Origin: a virus
Lineage: Duplodnaviria > Caudoviricetes
DNA: 64,000 nt
IMG/VR virus record: IMGVR_UViG_3300005440_000009
Span: 1-64,000 of that record
Reading direction: 5' to 3' (one strand)
The translations under genes were made by a program, and so were the position numbers. The notes below the pieces were generated by a model that saw only the letters and a list, made by a program, of their open reading frames with translations, was not told the origin of the DNA and did no database searches. Shown here one piece after another: positions 8,819 to 18,634 of this stretch (position 1 is the stretch's first letter; each line of letters begins with the position of its first letter).

Positions 8819-9702
8819 TCTCGTCGATTCGCGTCACCCGCGATTATCCGGTATCGATTGCGGACAACGACGAATGGGCGCTCGGCGCGTGCCGCGGCGA
8901 TGCGGATAACGTCAATTGGGACATGCTCTTTTCCCAAATCTCGCGCGATTGTTTGGTGGTCGACGTTGGCGCGCATCTTGGCACGTTCGCGGTGCGGGCG
9001 GCGGCGCTCGGCGCCATCGTCATCGCGATCGAAGCGGGAAGCTCGAATGTGGAGCACCTTCGGAGGACGGCGCGTCTCAACCCGGATCTACGGCTCGATG
9101 TCATCCACGGCGCGGCCTGGTCGGAATCCGGCAAAGTGCGCTTTCGCGAAGATCGCGCGTACGGAATGATCTCTCGGGAGGGCGGCGAAGAGGTCGAAGC
9201 CGTCACGGTCGACGATGTCGTGGGTCTCTACGATCCGCGCGCGATCCGCAATCCCGACGTTTTCATCAAAATCGATGTCGAAGGCTCCGAGCCTCAGGTG
9301 CTCCGCGGCATGAAGCGCCTCCTTGGCGCCAACTCCAATCCTCCGGTGGTTTTTTACGAAAGCAATTCACATACGCTCGCGCTCCAGGGCTCGGACATTC
9401 GCGAACCCCGGCGGATTCTCGCGGAGAGCGGCTACGTCAGCTTCTTGATCCACGAGGGCTTGCTCTATCGCCTCGGTCCGGAAGACTCACAGCCGACGGT
9501 TTACACCGACGTGATTGCTCTCAGGCGGGAGTCAGACATGGGCGACATTGCCGGAATGCCGCTTGCGCTCTTTCAATCGGCAATGCTTGCCGGTCCGACG
9601 CGGCTACCGATTCCCGATGAAGGCAAGGCGCACGTCCGGCGGGAGCTTCTCCGGCGGCCGGATCTCGCTAGCCCCGAGCTTCTCCATTTGATCGGCGAAT
9701 GA
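8815..9702 (+). CDS. FkbM-family methyltransferase
   Basis: VVDVGAHLGTF, VIAIEA, FIKIDVEGSEPQVLRG; GTG at 8815 overlaps the upstream TGA. Confidence 0.85.
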   Translation: MISSIRVTRDYPVSIADNDEWALGACRGDADNVNWDMLFSQISRDCLVVDVGAHLGTFAVRAAALGAIVIAIEAGSSNVEHLRRTARLNPDLRLDVIHGAAWSESGKVRFREDRAYGMISREGGEEVEAVTVDDVVGLYDPRAIRNPDVFIKIDVEGSEPQVLRGMKRLLGANSNPPVVFYESNSHTLALQGSDIREPRRILAESGYVSFLIHEGLLYRLGPEDSQPTVYTDVIALRRESDMGDIAGMPLALFQSAMLAGPTRLPIPDEGKAHVRRELLRRPDLASPELLHLIGE

Positions 9703-10942
9703 CTCGAAACTCGGGCAGCGGCACAATGAACGCCCCACCGGCATCGAGGTAGGCCGCTTCGCGCTCGAGAAACTCGTCTAGGAAGTGCCACGGCAAAACC
9801 AAGAAGTAGTCCGGCTTTTTCGCGCGCGCCTCTTCCTCGGAGATGATTGGGATTAACGAGCCGACGGTTTTCTTTCCCCACTTGTCTGGGTTTCGCTCGG
9901 CGGCGGCTGCGATCATCGGGTGCTTCAAGCCGACGTATTGGAGAAGCGTGTTGCCCTTGGTCGAGGCGCCGTAGACGTAAATGGTTTTGCCGCTCGAGAA
10001 TTCCTTGGTGATGAAACTCGCGAGCTCGGTGGTTTCGGAAATCACGCGCTCGGCGAAGGACGTATAGGCGTCGAGGCTATCGAGTCCCATCCGGAGCTCC
10101 TCTTCGCGCATTCGGAGCACCGACGGGGACGGCGAGCGGCCGAGCGCGGTCTTTCGCACGAACACGCGGATGCTGCCGCCGTTGACGTCGTTGTGCTCCA
10201 CGAATTCGACCGAAAACCCATGCGCGTCCAAGAGCCGCTCGAGCGAAAGCAGCGAGTAATATTCCAGGTGCTCGTGACAGATGTTGTCCCACATCGTTCG
10301 GTCGAGCATCGATTTCAAGTCGGCCATTTGGATAATCCAAACGCCATCGGGCGCGAGCACGCTCGCAACATCGCGCACGAACGCGTTCGGGTCGTCGAGG
10401 TCGTAGAACATCGCGATAGACGTCACGATGTCGGCGGGCACGCTCATTTTTTCGTGGTAGGCCGCCGCGTTGAAAAAGTCGTTGATGATGAGGTTATTTC
10501 CCTCGCTCGCGGCGGCGATCAGATTCTTCGCGGGCTCGAATCCGACGCGGGTGACGAAGTCGTCAGGGCGGCCAAGAGCGGCGCGGTAGGCGCGGAGCAA
10601 AGTCCCGTCGTTGGCGCCAATGTCGAGCGCGACCAACTTTTCGGGCAAGCGATCGCGCTCTTCAGCGATCCAGGTCACCGCCAAGGCGGCGATGTCCTCG
10701 AGCTCTTTCGTCATGGAGCGGTTGGTGCTCGAGCGATACCAGTAATGCCGATACATTTCCTCGGGAGGCACGGTGTGACGGAGTTGCACCAAGGTGCAGC
10801 CTCGGCAAAGAACCAAGTCGAGCGGATAGGACGGCACGACCGTTTCGTCATCGACGAAGGCCGACAAGTAGAGATCGCCTAGACCCAAGACTTCGATCAG
10901 ATCGGCGGAGTGACAGGCCCGGCAAACTTCGATGGTGCGCAT
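9668..10942 (-). CDS. NDP-hexose C-methyltransferase
   Basis: CRAC...YPLDLVLCRGCTLVQL zinc site, DIGANDGTLL, ICHEHLEYYS, YGASTKGNTLL. Confidence 0.9.
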   Translation of the reverse strand: MRTIEVCRACHSADLIEVLGLGDLYLSAFVDDETVVPSYPLDLVLCRGCTLVQLRHTVPPEEMYRHYWYRSSTNRSMTKELEDIAALAVTWIAEERDRLPEKLVALDIGANDGTLLRAYRAALGRPDDFVTRVGFEPAKNLIAAASEGNNLIINDFFNAAAYHEKMSVPADIVTSIAMFYDLDDPNAFVRDVASVLAPDGVWIIQMADLKSMLDRTMWDNICHEHLEYYSLLSLERLLDAHGFSVEFVEHNDVNGGSIRVFVRKTALGRSPSPSVLRMREEELRMGLDSLDAYTSFAERVISETTELASFITKEFSSGKTIYVYGASTKGNTLLQYVGLKHPMIAAAAERNPDKWGKKTVGSLIPIISEEEARAKKPDYFLVLPWHFLDEFLEREAAYLDAGGAFIVPLPEFRVIRRSNGEARG

Positions 10943-10982
10943 CTCGACCCCGAGTGTCGTTCGAGAGGACCGGTTTGGTCAA

Positions 10983-11483
10983 CTAACCGCGGGCAACCAG
11001 CGCGAGATTCGTGTCTTCTTCGACGATCGATTCCACGGCCATCCCGAGACCGGTCATGAGATCGAGGAGGCGCTCGTGGTCGAAGCCCGCAAAGTGCGCG
11101 TTGAGTCGCCAATTCTCTCGACCTACCACTGCTTCATGGCCGCCGTAGATCCAGAGGCTCGCCTCGCGCGCGTCGAAGGTCCCATCGAGATAACGCTGGC
11201 AGAGCACGCGCAAGTTCGGGACGCGGAGGGTCAGGCTTCCGCCGGGCTCCAAGACGCGTTTCCATTCGAACAGAACGGACTCCGTGTGCATCCAGGACGT
11301 GTGCTCGAGAATGTCACCCGCCAGGATCTCGGAGAACGCGCCGTCCGGCCACGGCAGCGGACCGAAGACATCGACTGTTTCGTCGCAAGGCATCCCTTCG
11401 GCGATGTCGACGTTCCAGAAGTCGTCTCGCCAGTCGGGACCGCAACCGAGGTTTAGCTTCTTGAAGTCTTCTCGTTGTCGCAT
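10983..11483 (-). CDS. class I SAM-dependent methyltransferase
   Basis: LNLGCGPD, NVDI, LPWPDGAFSEI..DILEH, RVLEPGGSLTLRVPN. Confidence 0.85.
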   Translation of the reverse strand: MRQREDFKKLNLGCGPDWRDDFWNVDIAEGMPCDETVDVFGPLPWPDGAFSEILAGDILEHTSWMHTESVLFEWKRVLEPGGSLTLRVPNLRVLCQRYLDGTFDAREASLWIYGGHEAVVGRENWRLNAHFAGFDHERLLDLMTGLGMAVESIVEEDTNLALVARG

Positions 11484-14400
11484 CTATTCGATTCCCATCG
11501 CGCGGAGCATGTTCGGGAAAGAGTGGCGGGCGGCATAGGCGGACTGGCGCGCGATCGCAGCTGCGCGCTTGTCGTCGTCTTCCAAGAGTTCTCTCACGAC
11601 CGCGTCCACTTCTTCTTTGTTTTCGTAGACGACGACCGCGCCAACGTGGCCGTGCAAGTCGAAGTAGGATTTGCTCCGGTCGACAACAAGCGGGATCTTG
11701 GCGGCCATGCAAAAGCGTGCCGAGGCCGACGAATAGGCGCGGCTCGTCGCGACACGCGCGAGCAAGGCGACGCGGTGACGCGCGAGCTCGGCTGCGCACT
11801 CGGCTTCGTTCATGAAGGCTCGTCGGGGGCGAAAGCGGCGCCAGCCGCGGGTTTCGTACCATGACGAGATTTGGTCGAGCCGCGGGCCGTAGCCGTAGAT
11901 CGGGACGCCGAGGCGCTCGGCGACGCCGACCAAAAGGTCGATGCGACGACTCGGATCGGCAAATCCCATGAAGGCCAGGCCGCCGAGCGGCTCACGGAAG
12001 GGCATTTCGAAGGACGGGACCGGCAACGGACAGTAGATGCCGCCGGCCCATTCGAGCGCCTCGGGATGATGGAAGACCAAGAGATCGGAGTGGTCGCGAT
12101 AGGCGTGCATGTTGTGCAGCCACTCGGGCGAGGCTTCCGCGTGGTGATAGTTCACGAAGATTTTTGCGCCGCGATTCCGAAGGACATCCAGATTTCGGAT
12201 GTCATCAGGGCTGAGCGCTTCGCCTGTTGGTTGGCAGCCCCACTGCACTTGCAAGATCACGGATTTCACCGGGCGCTCGTCAGATACTTGTCGAGCTACG
12301 TCGATGGAAGGCACCCAGGACGCGCGTTGGTGGGCGTCCCGCAAAAACATGGCGTGACTCGCGACTCCGTGAGGGACGGAATTCGGCCGGTAGACGATTA
12401 GGAGCTCGGACTTTTCTCGGGCGATGACTTCGGCGGCTTGGAGTGGGCGCTCGGCGTCGATCAATTCACGCAATGTGAAGGTCCGGGCGAGCTCGGCGAC
12501 GCGCTCGACGGGAGCCTCCCCGGTCCATTTTTCGAGAAGGGAGGCCGCGACCTGTTTCGGGAAAGCGGTGTTTGCGTGGCCGCGGATTTCTACCGCGTGG
12601 ACCTCGAGCGGGTGATGCACCTCGGCTGCCGGATCGGCGTAGATGGAATATCCCGCGCGTCGCATGTTCTTGGAGAAACCCACTACATCGTCGGTCTCAC
12701 TGAATCGCACGCCGCCGTAAATCGGAGCCGCGCGACAGAAGAGGACACTGCCCACGGACTCGAGCTCGATGGGCGATTGCGCGAACCTCGCGACCTCGTC
12801 GCGTGTTGGCCCTTTGCCAAAGAGCGGATCGAGGTGGCCGGCGCTTCGGCGGAAGGCCCATGAATCGTAAAATTGATTTCCACGCCAAACCATCGGCGCC
12901 ACGAGGCCCGCGCGGTGGCGCTCGTCGAGCGTGCGCTGAAGCCGCTTCGCCAGATCGGGCGCGTACATCAAATCGGAGGTCAGAAAGAGCACGTATTCCA
13001 CTTCGAGATGCTCGGTGATGAAGTTCAGGCCGACGTTGGACACGTGGGCGAGCGTCTTTAGGCGGACCGGGTTTAGCGTGGAGCCGAAGAGCGGGTTACC
13101 GAGCGAGACGTGCAACACGGATACCCGATCGTTCTCGCGCGCCCACGCATCCAACAACTCCGGCGTCTCGTCGGTGCTGTCGCCCTCGACGCACACCACG
13201 AAGGGACGCTCGGGCCAGTCGAGCGATTCGACATGCGCGCGATAGCGACGCACGACCTCGGGGCATTGACGGAAGAGCGAGACAATCGCGAGTCGGTTCT
13301 TCTTCACGTCGCGCGGCGGTGGGCGCGGCGCGACGCTAGCGATCGTCGGGGACACCAGATCGTCGAGGAGCGTGCGCATGAGCGCGCCGACGTCGGCCGA
13401 GGTGAAGCCCGCCCACGAACGGCGCTCCCTTTTCGGTAACGGATGGGCAGCGGCCTCCTGCATCGCGGCGGCGGCATGGTCGAGATCAAAGTCCCACCAC
13501 TTCGCATCAGGTTCCCAGCCGTAGACCGGATCGCACGGCAGCATCGCGCTCGCTTTCACGCGAATGTCGCCCTCGGCTGCAAACTCTTCGGGTCCGCCCG
13601 ACTCGGAATAGATCATCCGGTTTCCCGATAAGAGCGCGTCGAACGACGGCATGTCCCATCCCTCTCCGTGGGAGAGCGACAGATAAACGTCGCCGTCGCG
13701 GTGAAGCGCCAAGAGATCAGCCTCCGACCACACCTCGACGGGCACCCGCACCCACTGTCGTATTGACTCAGTCGTCCAGCCGTTCGCGCGCACTTCCGGA
13801 TCGGCTAGCAGCGTCCAAAGATCGGCGAGGCTCCCGGCAACGTGGGTCGTCTTCAGTGTGAGGCGCGCCTCGCCCGGACGGAACGCGCGCAAAAACGCAT
13901 GCAGGCTTTTCTTTTGGTCCTTTCGCGTGTCGAGTACGCCGATTCGATAGAAGTGGATCGGACCCGGCGAGCGCTCGCGACCCAGCAAGCCTAGATGCGG
14001 ATCGTTCGGGAAGAAGGGGACATGGACTTTGTGCAAACGGAAGTCCTGCACCCCGGAATTGCGAAAGGCGTCGATGTTCTTTTGGTTCGGGAGCCACCAT
14101 TGCTTGACGCGATTGGCCTGAGCGACGCTTTGAGGACCGATGCGGTCGCGCTCGATCATCGTCGTCAGCGCTACGGGCAGCGGGCGCGCAACGAGGCGAT
14201 TTATTTCGGCCGCTTGCTCAGCATCGCCTCGGGTCGGGAAGCCACCCACGAAGGCGCTGACGGGGAGCGCGCGCAGCATGTCCATCACTTCCGCCGCGGC
14301 CTCGGGGCGCGCGTGGCCGTAGAAAGGATCGAGCGTGAGATACACCGGGAGCCGCGTGTCGCTGAGAGCTCGCGCCAATCGTCGCCATGCCGCGCAGATG

Positions 14401-14603
14401 CCCACACCCCAAAGCGCCCACGGGGCGTGAAACTCCGCGGCGCTGAGAGCGCCAGGGGCAACGGGCGGGGGCGGCGGAGCCGGCGGAGGCGGATACTTCG
14501 CTGTTACGCGCACGGTCGGCTGCGCGCGATTTTTTCCGAAGCGTTGCTGCTGAAGCGCGCGGAGTTTTGATTGCCACTGATTGCGCTGCGTTTTGCTGTA
14601 CAT
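11484..14603 (-). CDS. three-domain glycosyltransferase (GT4-like + GT-A-like + GT-B-like)
   Basis: GDVYLSLSHGEGWDMP; VEGDSTDET..VLFLTSDL..FYDSWAFR; LAFMGF..RRIDLL; ATG at 14603 from TGATG overlap (track start 14621). Confidence 0.8.
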   Translation of the reverse strand: MYSKTQRNQWQSKLRALQQQRFGKNRAQPTVRVTAKYPPPPAPPPPPVAPGALSAAEFHAPWALWGVGICAAWRRLARALSDTRLPVYLTLDPFYGHARPEAAAEVMDMLRALPVSAFVGGFPTRGDAEQAAEINRLVARPLPVALTTMIERDRIGPQSVAQANRVKQWWLPNQKNIDAFRNSGVQDFRLHKVHVPFFPNDPHLGLLGRERSPGPIHFYRIGVLDTRKDQKKSLHAFLRAFRPGEARLTLKTTHVAGSLADLWTLLADPEVRANGWTTESIRQWVRVPVEVWSEADLLALHRDGDVYLSLSHGEGWDMPSFDALLSGNRMIYSESGGPEEFAAEGDIRVKASAMLPCDPVYGWEPDAKWWDFDLDHAAAAMQEAAAHPLPKRERRSWAGFTSADVGALMRTLLDDLVSPTIASVAPRPPPRDVKKNRLAIVSLFRQCPEVVRRYRAHVESLDWPERPFVVCVEGDSTDETPELLDAWARENDRVSVLHVSLGNPLFGSTLNPVRLKTLAHVSNVGLNFITEHLEVEYVLFLTSDLMYAPDLAKRLQRTLDERHRAGLVAPMVWRGNQFYDSWAFRRSAGHLDPLFGKGPTRDEVARFAQSPIELESVGSVLFCRAAPIYGGVRFSETDDVVGFSKNMRRAGYSIYADPAAEVHHPLEVHAVEIRGHANTAFPKQVAASLLEKWTGEAPVERVAELARTFTLRELIDAERPLQAAEVIAREKSELLIVYRPNSVPHGVASHAMFLRDAHQRASWVPSIDVARQVSDERPVKSVILQVQWGCQPTGEALSPDDIRNLDVLRNRGAKIFVNYHHAEASPEWLHNMHAYRDHSDLLVFHHPEALEWAGGIYCPLPVPSFEMPFREPLGGLAFMGFADPSRRIDLLVGVAERLGVPIYGYGPRLDQISSWYETRGWRRFRPRRAFMNEAECAAELARHRVALLARVATSRAYSSASARFCMAAKIPLVVDRSKSYFDLHGHVGAVVVYENKEEVDAVVRELLEDDDKRAAAIARQSAYAARHSFPNMLRAMGIE

Positions 14604-15793
14604 CAGAGTGTTTTCATCCACGTAACTATTTCGTTGCCGATGTGCTGAGCTCGGAAGCGATCGCGCGGCCAGTCGAGAACTTGCACGGGGGGCTCGCTAC
14701 GAACGCGAGCCATCGCCTCGACGAGTTTTTCTAAGTCATAGTCGGCGTAGGTCGACGAGTGCTCCCAGCCGTGCGCCGTGTAATCGGGATGCACCGGCAC
14801 CTTTCCCGTCGAGGGGATGAGGATGTCCTCGGATCCCAAGAAGTCGCGTGGTCCGCCGGAGTCGGTGGTGATGACGCGCCGCTTGGCGAGCTTGGCCGCG
14901 TAGGCGGGCATATCGAATCCCTCGCCACGCGAAGCGGAAACGTAAACGTCGCCCGGGGCGTGGATCAGTCGAATCAGATCGGGTCCGGACAGGGTGCGGC
15001 TCTCGATGCGGATCGATTCCGACCAGTTTTCTTTCGTCCAGCCGTTCGTGCCGAAACTCTCTGCCGCGACCGTTTCGGGCGCGGGCATGCTCCGGTGCAC
15101 GTATTGACGCTTGATCGTGAGCGTCGCGTCACCAGGACAAAACGCGCGCATGAAGGCTCGAATGAGATTGTCGGGCGCCTTGTGCGGACTCCAGGAACCG
15201 ATCCAGTAGAAGGACTTTGCCTCCCGCGGCGGCTCGAGGCGCAACAGCTCGTCATCGTCAAAGTGCGGGACGCCGAAGTGCCGGACGTTTTTCAGACCGA
15301 GCGCCTCGAGCGCCTCACGATTCGCGCTACAGGGCACCCAAACACCGACCAAGCGCGCGAGCGATGACGCGATCGCCGGGTCGAAATCTTGGCGCTCGAA
15401 CATCGTATGAAAAATGGTCTTCGGCTTGGTGGGCAGCGCTCGGATCGCGCGGCCAAGCTTTTGCGCGGTTGCAAACGAGCCGGACCACACGCGGATATCG
15501 ATATCCAAGGCGTTACACGGTTTGCCCAAGTGTCCGGCTTCCCTCGCCACTTCGTCAGACCGAGTCGGAATGGGCGGAAGCCGCACGTCGGCGCCGGCTA
15601 AAGCGAGAGCGCGCGCCCAAGCGCGGGCTGCGATGTCCCAGCCCACCTCGAGCCGACTCCAAGGAATATCGAAGCGCACGTAGGGATCGCCCGCGCGGGG
15701 CGGGATCACGGGCTCTACGCCCGGGCGAAATCGCTCCTCTTGGAGTTTTTTCAGGCGCTCAATCCAAGTTATTTCAGGCATCGCTCGATCCAC
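14603..15793 (-). CDS. GT4-like glycosyltransferase
   Basis: WIGSWSPHKAPDNLIRAF, GDVYVSASRGEGFDMP; alternative ATG at 15781. Confidence 0.8.
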   Translation of the reverse strand: MDRAMPEITWIERLKKLQEERFRPGVEPVIPPRAGDPYVRFDIPWSRLEVGWDIAARAWARALALAGADVRLPPIPTRSDEVAREAGHLGKPCNALDIDIRVWSGSFATAQKLGRAIRALPTKPKTIFHTMFERQDFDPAIASSLARLVGVWVPCSANREALEALGLKNVRHFGVPHFDDDELLRLEPPREAKSFYWIGSWSPHKAPDNLIRAFMRAFCPGDATLTIKRQYVHRSMPAPETVAAESFGTNGWTKENWSESIRIESRTLSGPDLIRLIHAPGDVYVSASRGEGFDMPAYAAKLAKRRVITTDSGGPRDFLGSEDILIPSTGKVPVHPDYTAHGWEHSSTYADYDLEKLVEAMARVRSEPPVQVLDWPRDRFRAQHIGNEIVTWMKTL

Positions 15794-16884
15794 TCACTGA
15801 ATTTTTTGGCCACAGCTTCAGGCCGGTGAGCTTCGGGCAACGCGCGCTTTTTCGGCGGCCTCTCCTTGGCTTCGCGAAGCGCCCACATGAGATCCGAGAG
15901 CGGATAGTCGATCAGCGATTGGCCCTCTCCCCAAATTCCGCCGTACTCGGGGGCCGCAATGGTGCCCGTGGCGTGCACCAAGATGTCGTCTTCGTCCAAG
16001 AAGTCTTCGGGGCCGCCCGAGGCGGACGTCACGATGCGCCGGCCGGCAAGGCGAGCGCGGAAAGCGGGTAGGTCGATCCCCTCGCCGCGGCTCGCAGAAG
16101 CGTAGATGTCGGTGCGCGCCTCGAGCGCAAGCATTTCCTCCGCAGACAGCGTGCCGTCGATGATCTCGATCGCTTGGTGCCAATTGTCGACACGCCAGCC
16201 GTTGTCTCGCGTCTCTCCGCACTCAAGCTCGGAAGCAATCACGAGCTCGGGGCCGGCGTAGACCGATCGCGTCCATTGGACGGCTCCGATCTTCAGAATG
16301 AGCTCCGCCTCCCCGAACTTGAAGGCACGCATGAACGCGCGAAGCAGTCGATCGGGGGCTTTACGTGGCTCCCACCGGCCGTGCCATGCGAACACGCGAG
16401 GGCGGTCGCTCGGAGGCGGCAGCGACAAATGGGGATCGTCGTCAAAGAACGGCAGCGGGATCACGCCAACGTCGTCGAGACCCGCGGCCGAGAGACGCTC
16501 GCCGTTCTTTTCGCAGGGGACGAATACGCCTTCGAGCTCGGCGAGCTCGGCGACCACTTCCTTCTGCACCGCGATGCGCTCGAACATCGTGTAAAACATG
16601 CGCGGCCGGCGAGAGGCGCGGAGCGCCTCGAAAACATGACCCATGTTGTGGATGCCGCCGAGTGGGCACGAAAAAATGTAGGCGTCCCACGAGCTCACCG
16701 GGATCGTGAGCGGCAAGTACTTTTTGATTTCGTCGTTCGGGGCCGATTCGGTGAAAACCTGCACCGGCGATTTCAGACGGACGTCCCAGCCAGCAAGAAG
16801 CATCGCGCGCGTGTAGGCCCGGGCAGCGATCGCCCAGCCGTCGGCGGGATTGGCCCAGAGGGTCTCGAAGACGAGCGTTTTCAC
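15769..16884 (-). CDS. GT4-like glycosyltransferase
   Basis: WHGRWEPRKAPDRLLRAF, DIYASASRGEGIDLP; paralogue of its two neighbours. Confidence 0.8.
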   Translation of the reverse strand: MKTLVFETLWANPADGWAIAARAYTRAMLLAGWDVRLKSPVQVFTESAPNDEIKKYLPLTIPVSSWDAYIFSCPLGGIHNMGHVFEALRASRRPRMFYTMFERIAVQKEVVAELAELEGVFVPCEKNGERLSAAGLDDVGVIPLPFFDDDPHLSLPPPSDRPRVFAWHGRWEPRKAPDRLLRAFMRAFKFGEAELILKIGAVQWTRSVYAGPELVIASELECGETRDNGWRVDNWHQAIEIIDGTLSAEEMLALEARTDIYASASRGEGIDLPAFRARLAGRRIVTSASGGPEDFLDEDDILVHATGTIAAPEYGGIWGEGQSLIDYPLSDLMWALREAKERPPKKRALPEAHRPEAVAKKFSEWIERCLK

Positions 16885-17201
16885 TTGCCGAGGCTTCGCC
16901 GGGCGAAGCCCGCGAGGAGGGAGAGGGCCGCCTGGCTCGCAGCTGTGCGCGCTTCCTTCGGATGTTCCTTGATGAATTTCCGGGTCTCGGCCGCGAGCTC
17001 GGCGGCTTTGCTCATGCCGTTTAGGACCTTTTCGGGGTTTTCCTCAGCTTGGGCGAGTAGAGCCAAGAGCGCCTTCTTGGCCTGAATCTCGAGCTCGGAG
17101 GGCTTTCGCGGAGCAAAGCCGAGCTCGATGCGGATCGGCCGCGTGGTCTTTTTCTTCAGTCGCCTCGGGCGGCGACCATTTTTTCGATTTGTTCGTTTCA
17201 T
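16881..17201 (-). CDS. basic hypothetical protein
   Basis: MKRTNRKNGRR start at 17201; GTGA coupling to the downstream GT gene. Confidence 0.5.
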   Translation of the reverse strand: MKRTNRKNGRRPRRLKKKTTRPIRIELGFAPRKPSELEIQAKKALLALLAQAEENPEKVLNGMSKAAELAAETRKFIKEHPKEARTAASQAALSLLAGFARRSLGK

Positions 17202-17282
17202 ACGCGCTCGTAGCCTACAACGGCTGTGCACTTTTTCGCTACTGGTGGCGCAGACCCCGGGGACCGCGCTACGGTCCCGGCC

Positions 17283-17879
17283 ATGGATCGCGACCCTACC
17301 GCTATCGTTTTTTCCCTTGGAATCCTGATCTTGGCTGCCGTTGCCATCGCGTTCGTCGGCATGTTCCTGCACCGACGCCGCGAAACGGAAAGCCCGGCAC
17401 TTCGGCGCGAGCGCGAGATTTCGCGAAAGCGGAGCCTCGATGCCGGAACCCATGTGGCGCTTTCAGATGGCTCGATCGTTCCATCCTGCGAAGTGAACGC
17501 GTGCAAATCGGCCGCGAAGTGCCGCCCGCTGAAGTTCGCGCGCGAAGAGGGGCTCGGGGATTTCGTGCGGCGGCTCTTTGGAGCTCCGCCGCGGCTTCGC
17601 GTGATCGAAGACGTTTGGGGCGAGCCGGTCCGCTGCGAAAGCCATCAGTTTTTGGCTCGTGAGGAAATGCGCCTCAAGCTCGCCGACGTCGAACGGCGCC
17701 GGCAAGAACATCAGCGCGACTCCGAAGTCGAGCTCGGCCAATTCGAGCGCACGCTGAAAGACCGCGTCAGCCTGGTCGTCAGCAAACACGAACGACAGCT
17801 CGGCGGACGCAAGCGCAAGAGCGACGCTGGGAACGTGCTCCCTTTTTCGTCGTCGCGGCCGACCGGCACTCAGGGGTAA
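17283..17879 (+). CDS. N-terminally anchored membrane protein with coiled coil
   Basis: TM IVFSLGILILAAVAIAFVGMFL; charged helical C-terminus. Confidence 0.6.
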   Translation: MDRDPTAIVFSLGILILAAVAIAFVGMFLHRRRETESPALRREREISRKRSLDAGTHVALSDGSIVPSCEVNACKSAAKCRPLKFAREEGLGDFVRRLFGAPPRLRVIEDVWGEPVRCESHQFLAREEMRLKLADVERRRQEHQRDSEVELGQFERTLKDRVSLVVSKHERQLGGRKRKSDAGNVLPFSSSRPTGTQG

Positions 17880-18314
17880 ATGAAAACTGCGGCGGCGATG
17901 TTTCTCGCGCTTCACCCGTGGTGGGCGACGATCAAACATGAGGCCCGCCGCGAGCACGTCGATCCCTACGCGCTCGCTGGGATCGTTTGGCACGAGAGCC
18001 GCGGCAACCCGAATGGGTTCTTTCAGGAGCGCGGGGGGCACTGCTCGATCGGGCTCGGGGGCGTTTTCGTAAAGAACTGCGATCCCGCGCGCGTGGCGGC
18101 GCTTCGCAATGGTCCCTACAACCTCCGCGTTTCGGCCAAGATCCTTTCGGGCTCGATCCGCTACTGCAAGGCGCATCGGCTCGAGCGGCGCTGCGCCGCG
18201 GGCGAACGCGTTTTCCCGGGCGGCGGAGGCGCCAACCTCTACGCGGGCAACACCACGCGATTCGCGGCGGAATTGGCGAAACTCCGACGCGACGTCCGGC
18301 GCGCCTTTCGCTAG
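17880..18314 (+). CDS. lytic transglycosylase (SLT-like)
   Basis: VDPYALAGIVWHESRGNP (catalytic Glu), GLGGV, YNLRVSAKIL. Confidence 0.8.
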   Translation: MKTAAAMFLALHPWWATIKHEARREHVDPYALAGIVWHESRGNPNGFFQERGGHCSIGLGGVFVKNCDPARVAALRNGPYNLRVSAKILSGSIRYCKAHRLERRCAAGERVFPGGGGANLYAGNTTRFAAELAKLRRDVRRAFR

Positions 18315-18634
18315 AGGTTCGGGTTTCTCACGCGCCAGCGCTGGGCGCCCGACGTGGATCGCGCTTTCGGGGTTTGCGATGGCGGTCGAGCCTTGGTCGG
18401 CCGGTCGCGTCGTGAAAGCTTGAGCGCGCGCACGAGCTCGGCATGGCGGCGGCGACGCCGATCGAGGAGATCGAGGTACGCCTCGAGCTCGCGGCGGAGT
18501 TTCTCGCGACGGATTTCTTCGGGATTCGCACGCCGCCAGAGGACACGTGGCGTATCCAGCCACGTCGCATCGGTGCTTGTGATTGTGATCTGCGATTCCG
18601 CGATAACCACAAACTCTGTCTGACCTGCGTACAC
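18311..18634 (-). CDS. basic hypothetical protein
   Basis: 107 aa Arg-rich with RRANP and RNP; abuts the upstream stop. Confidence 0.45.
   Translation of the reverse strand: MYAGQTEFVVIAESQITITSTDATWLDTPRVLWRRANPEEIRREKLRRELEAYLDLLDRRRRRHAELVRALKLSRRDRPTKARPPSQTPKARSTSGAQRWRVRNPNL

Noticed and set aside
7120-16884. Host LPS/O-antigen island interrupting the virus
   Set aside because: No flippase, polymerase or IS borders; the minus-strand GT genes are start/stop-coupled with adjacent viral ORFs
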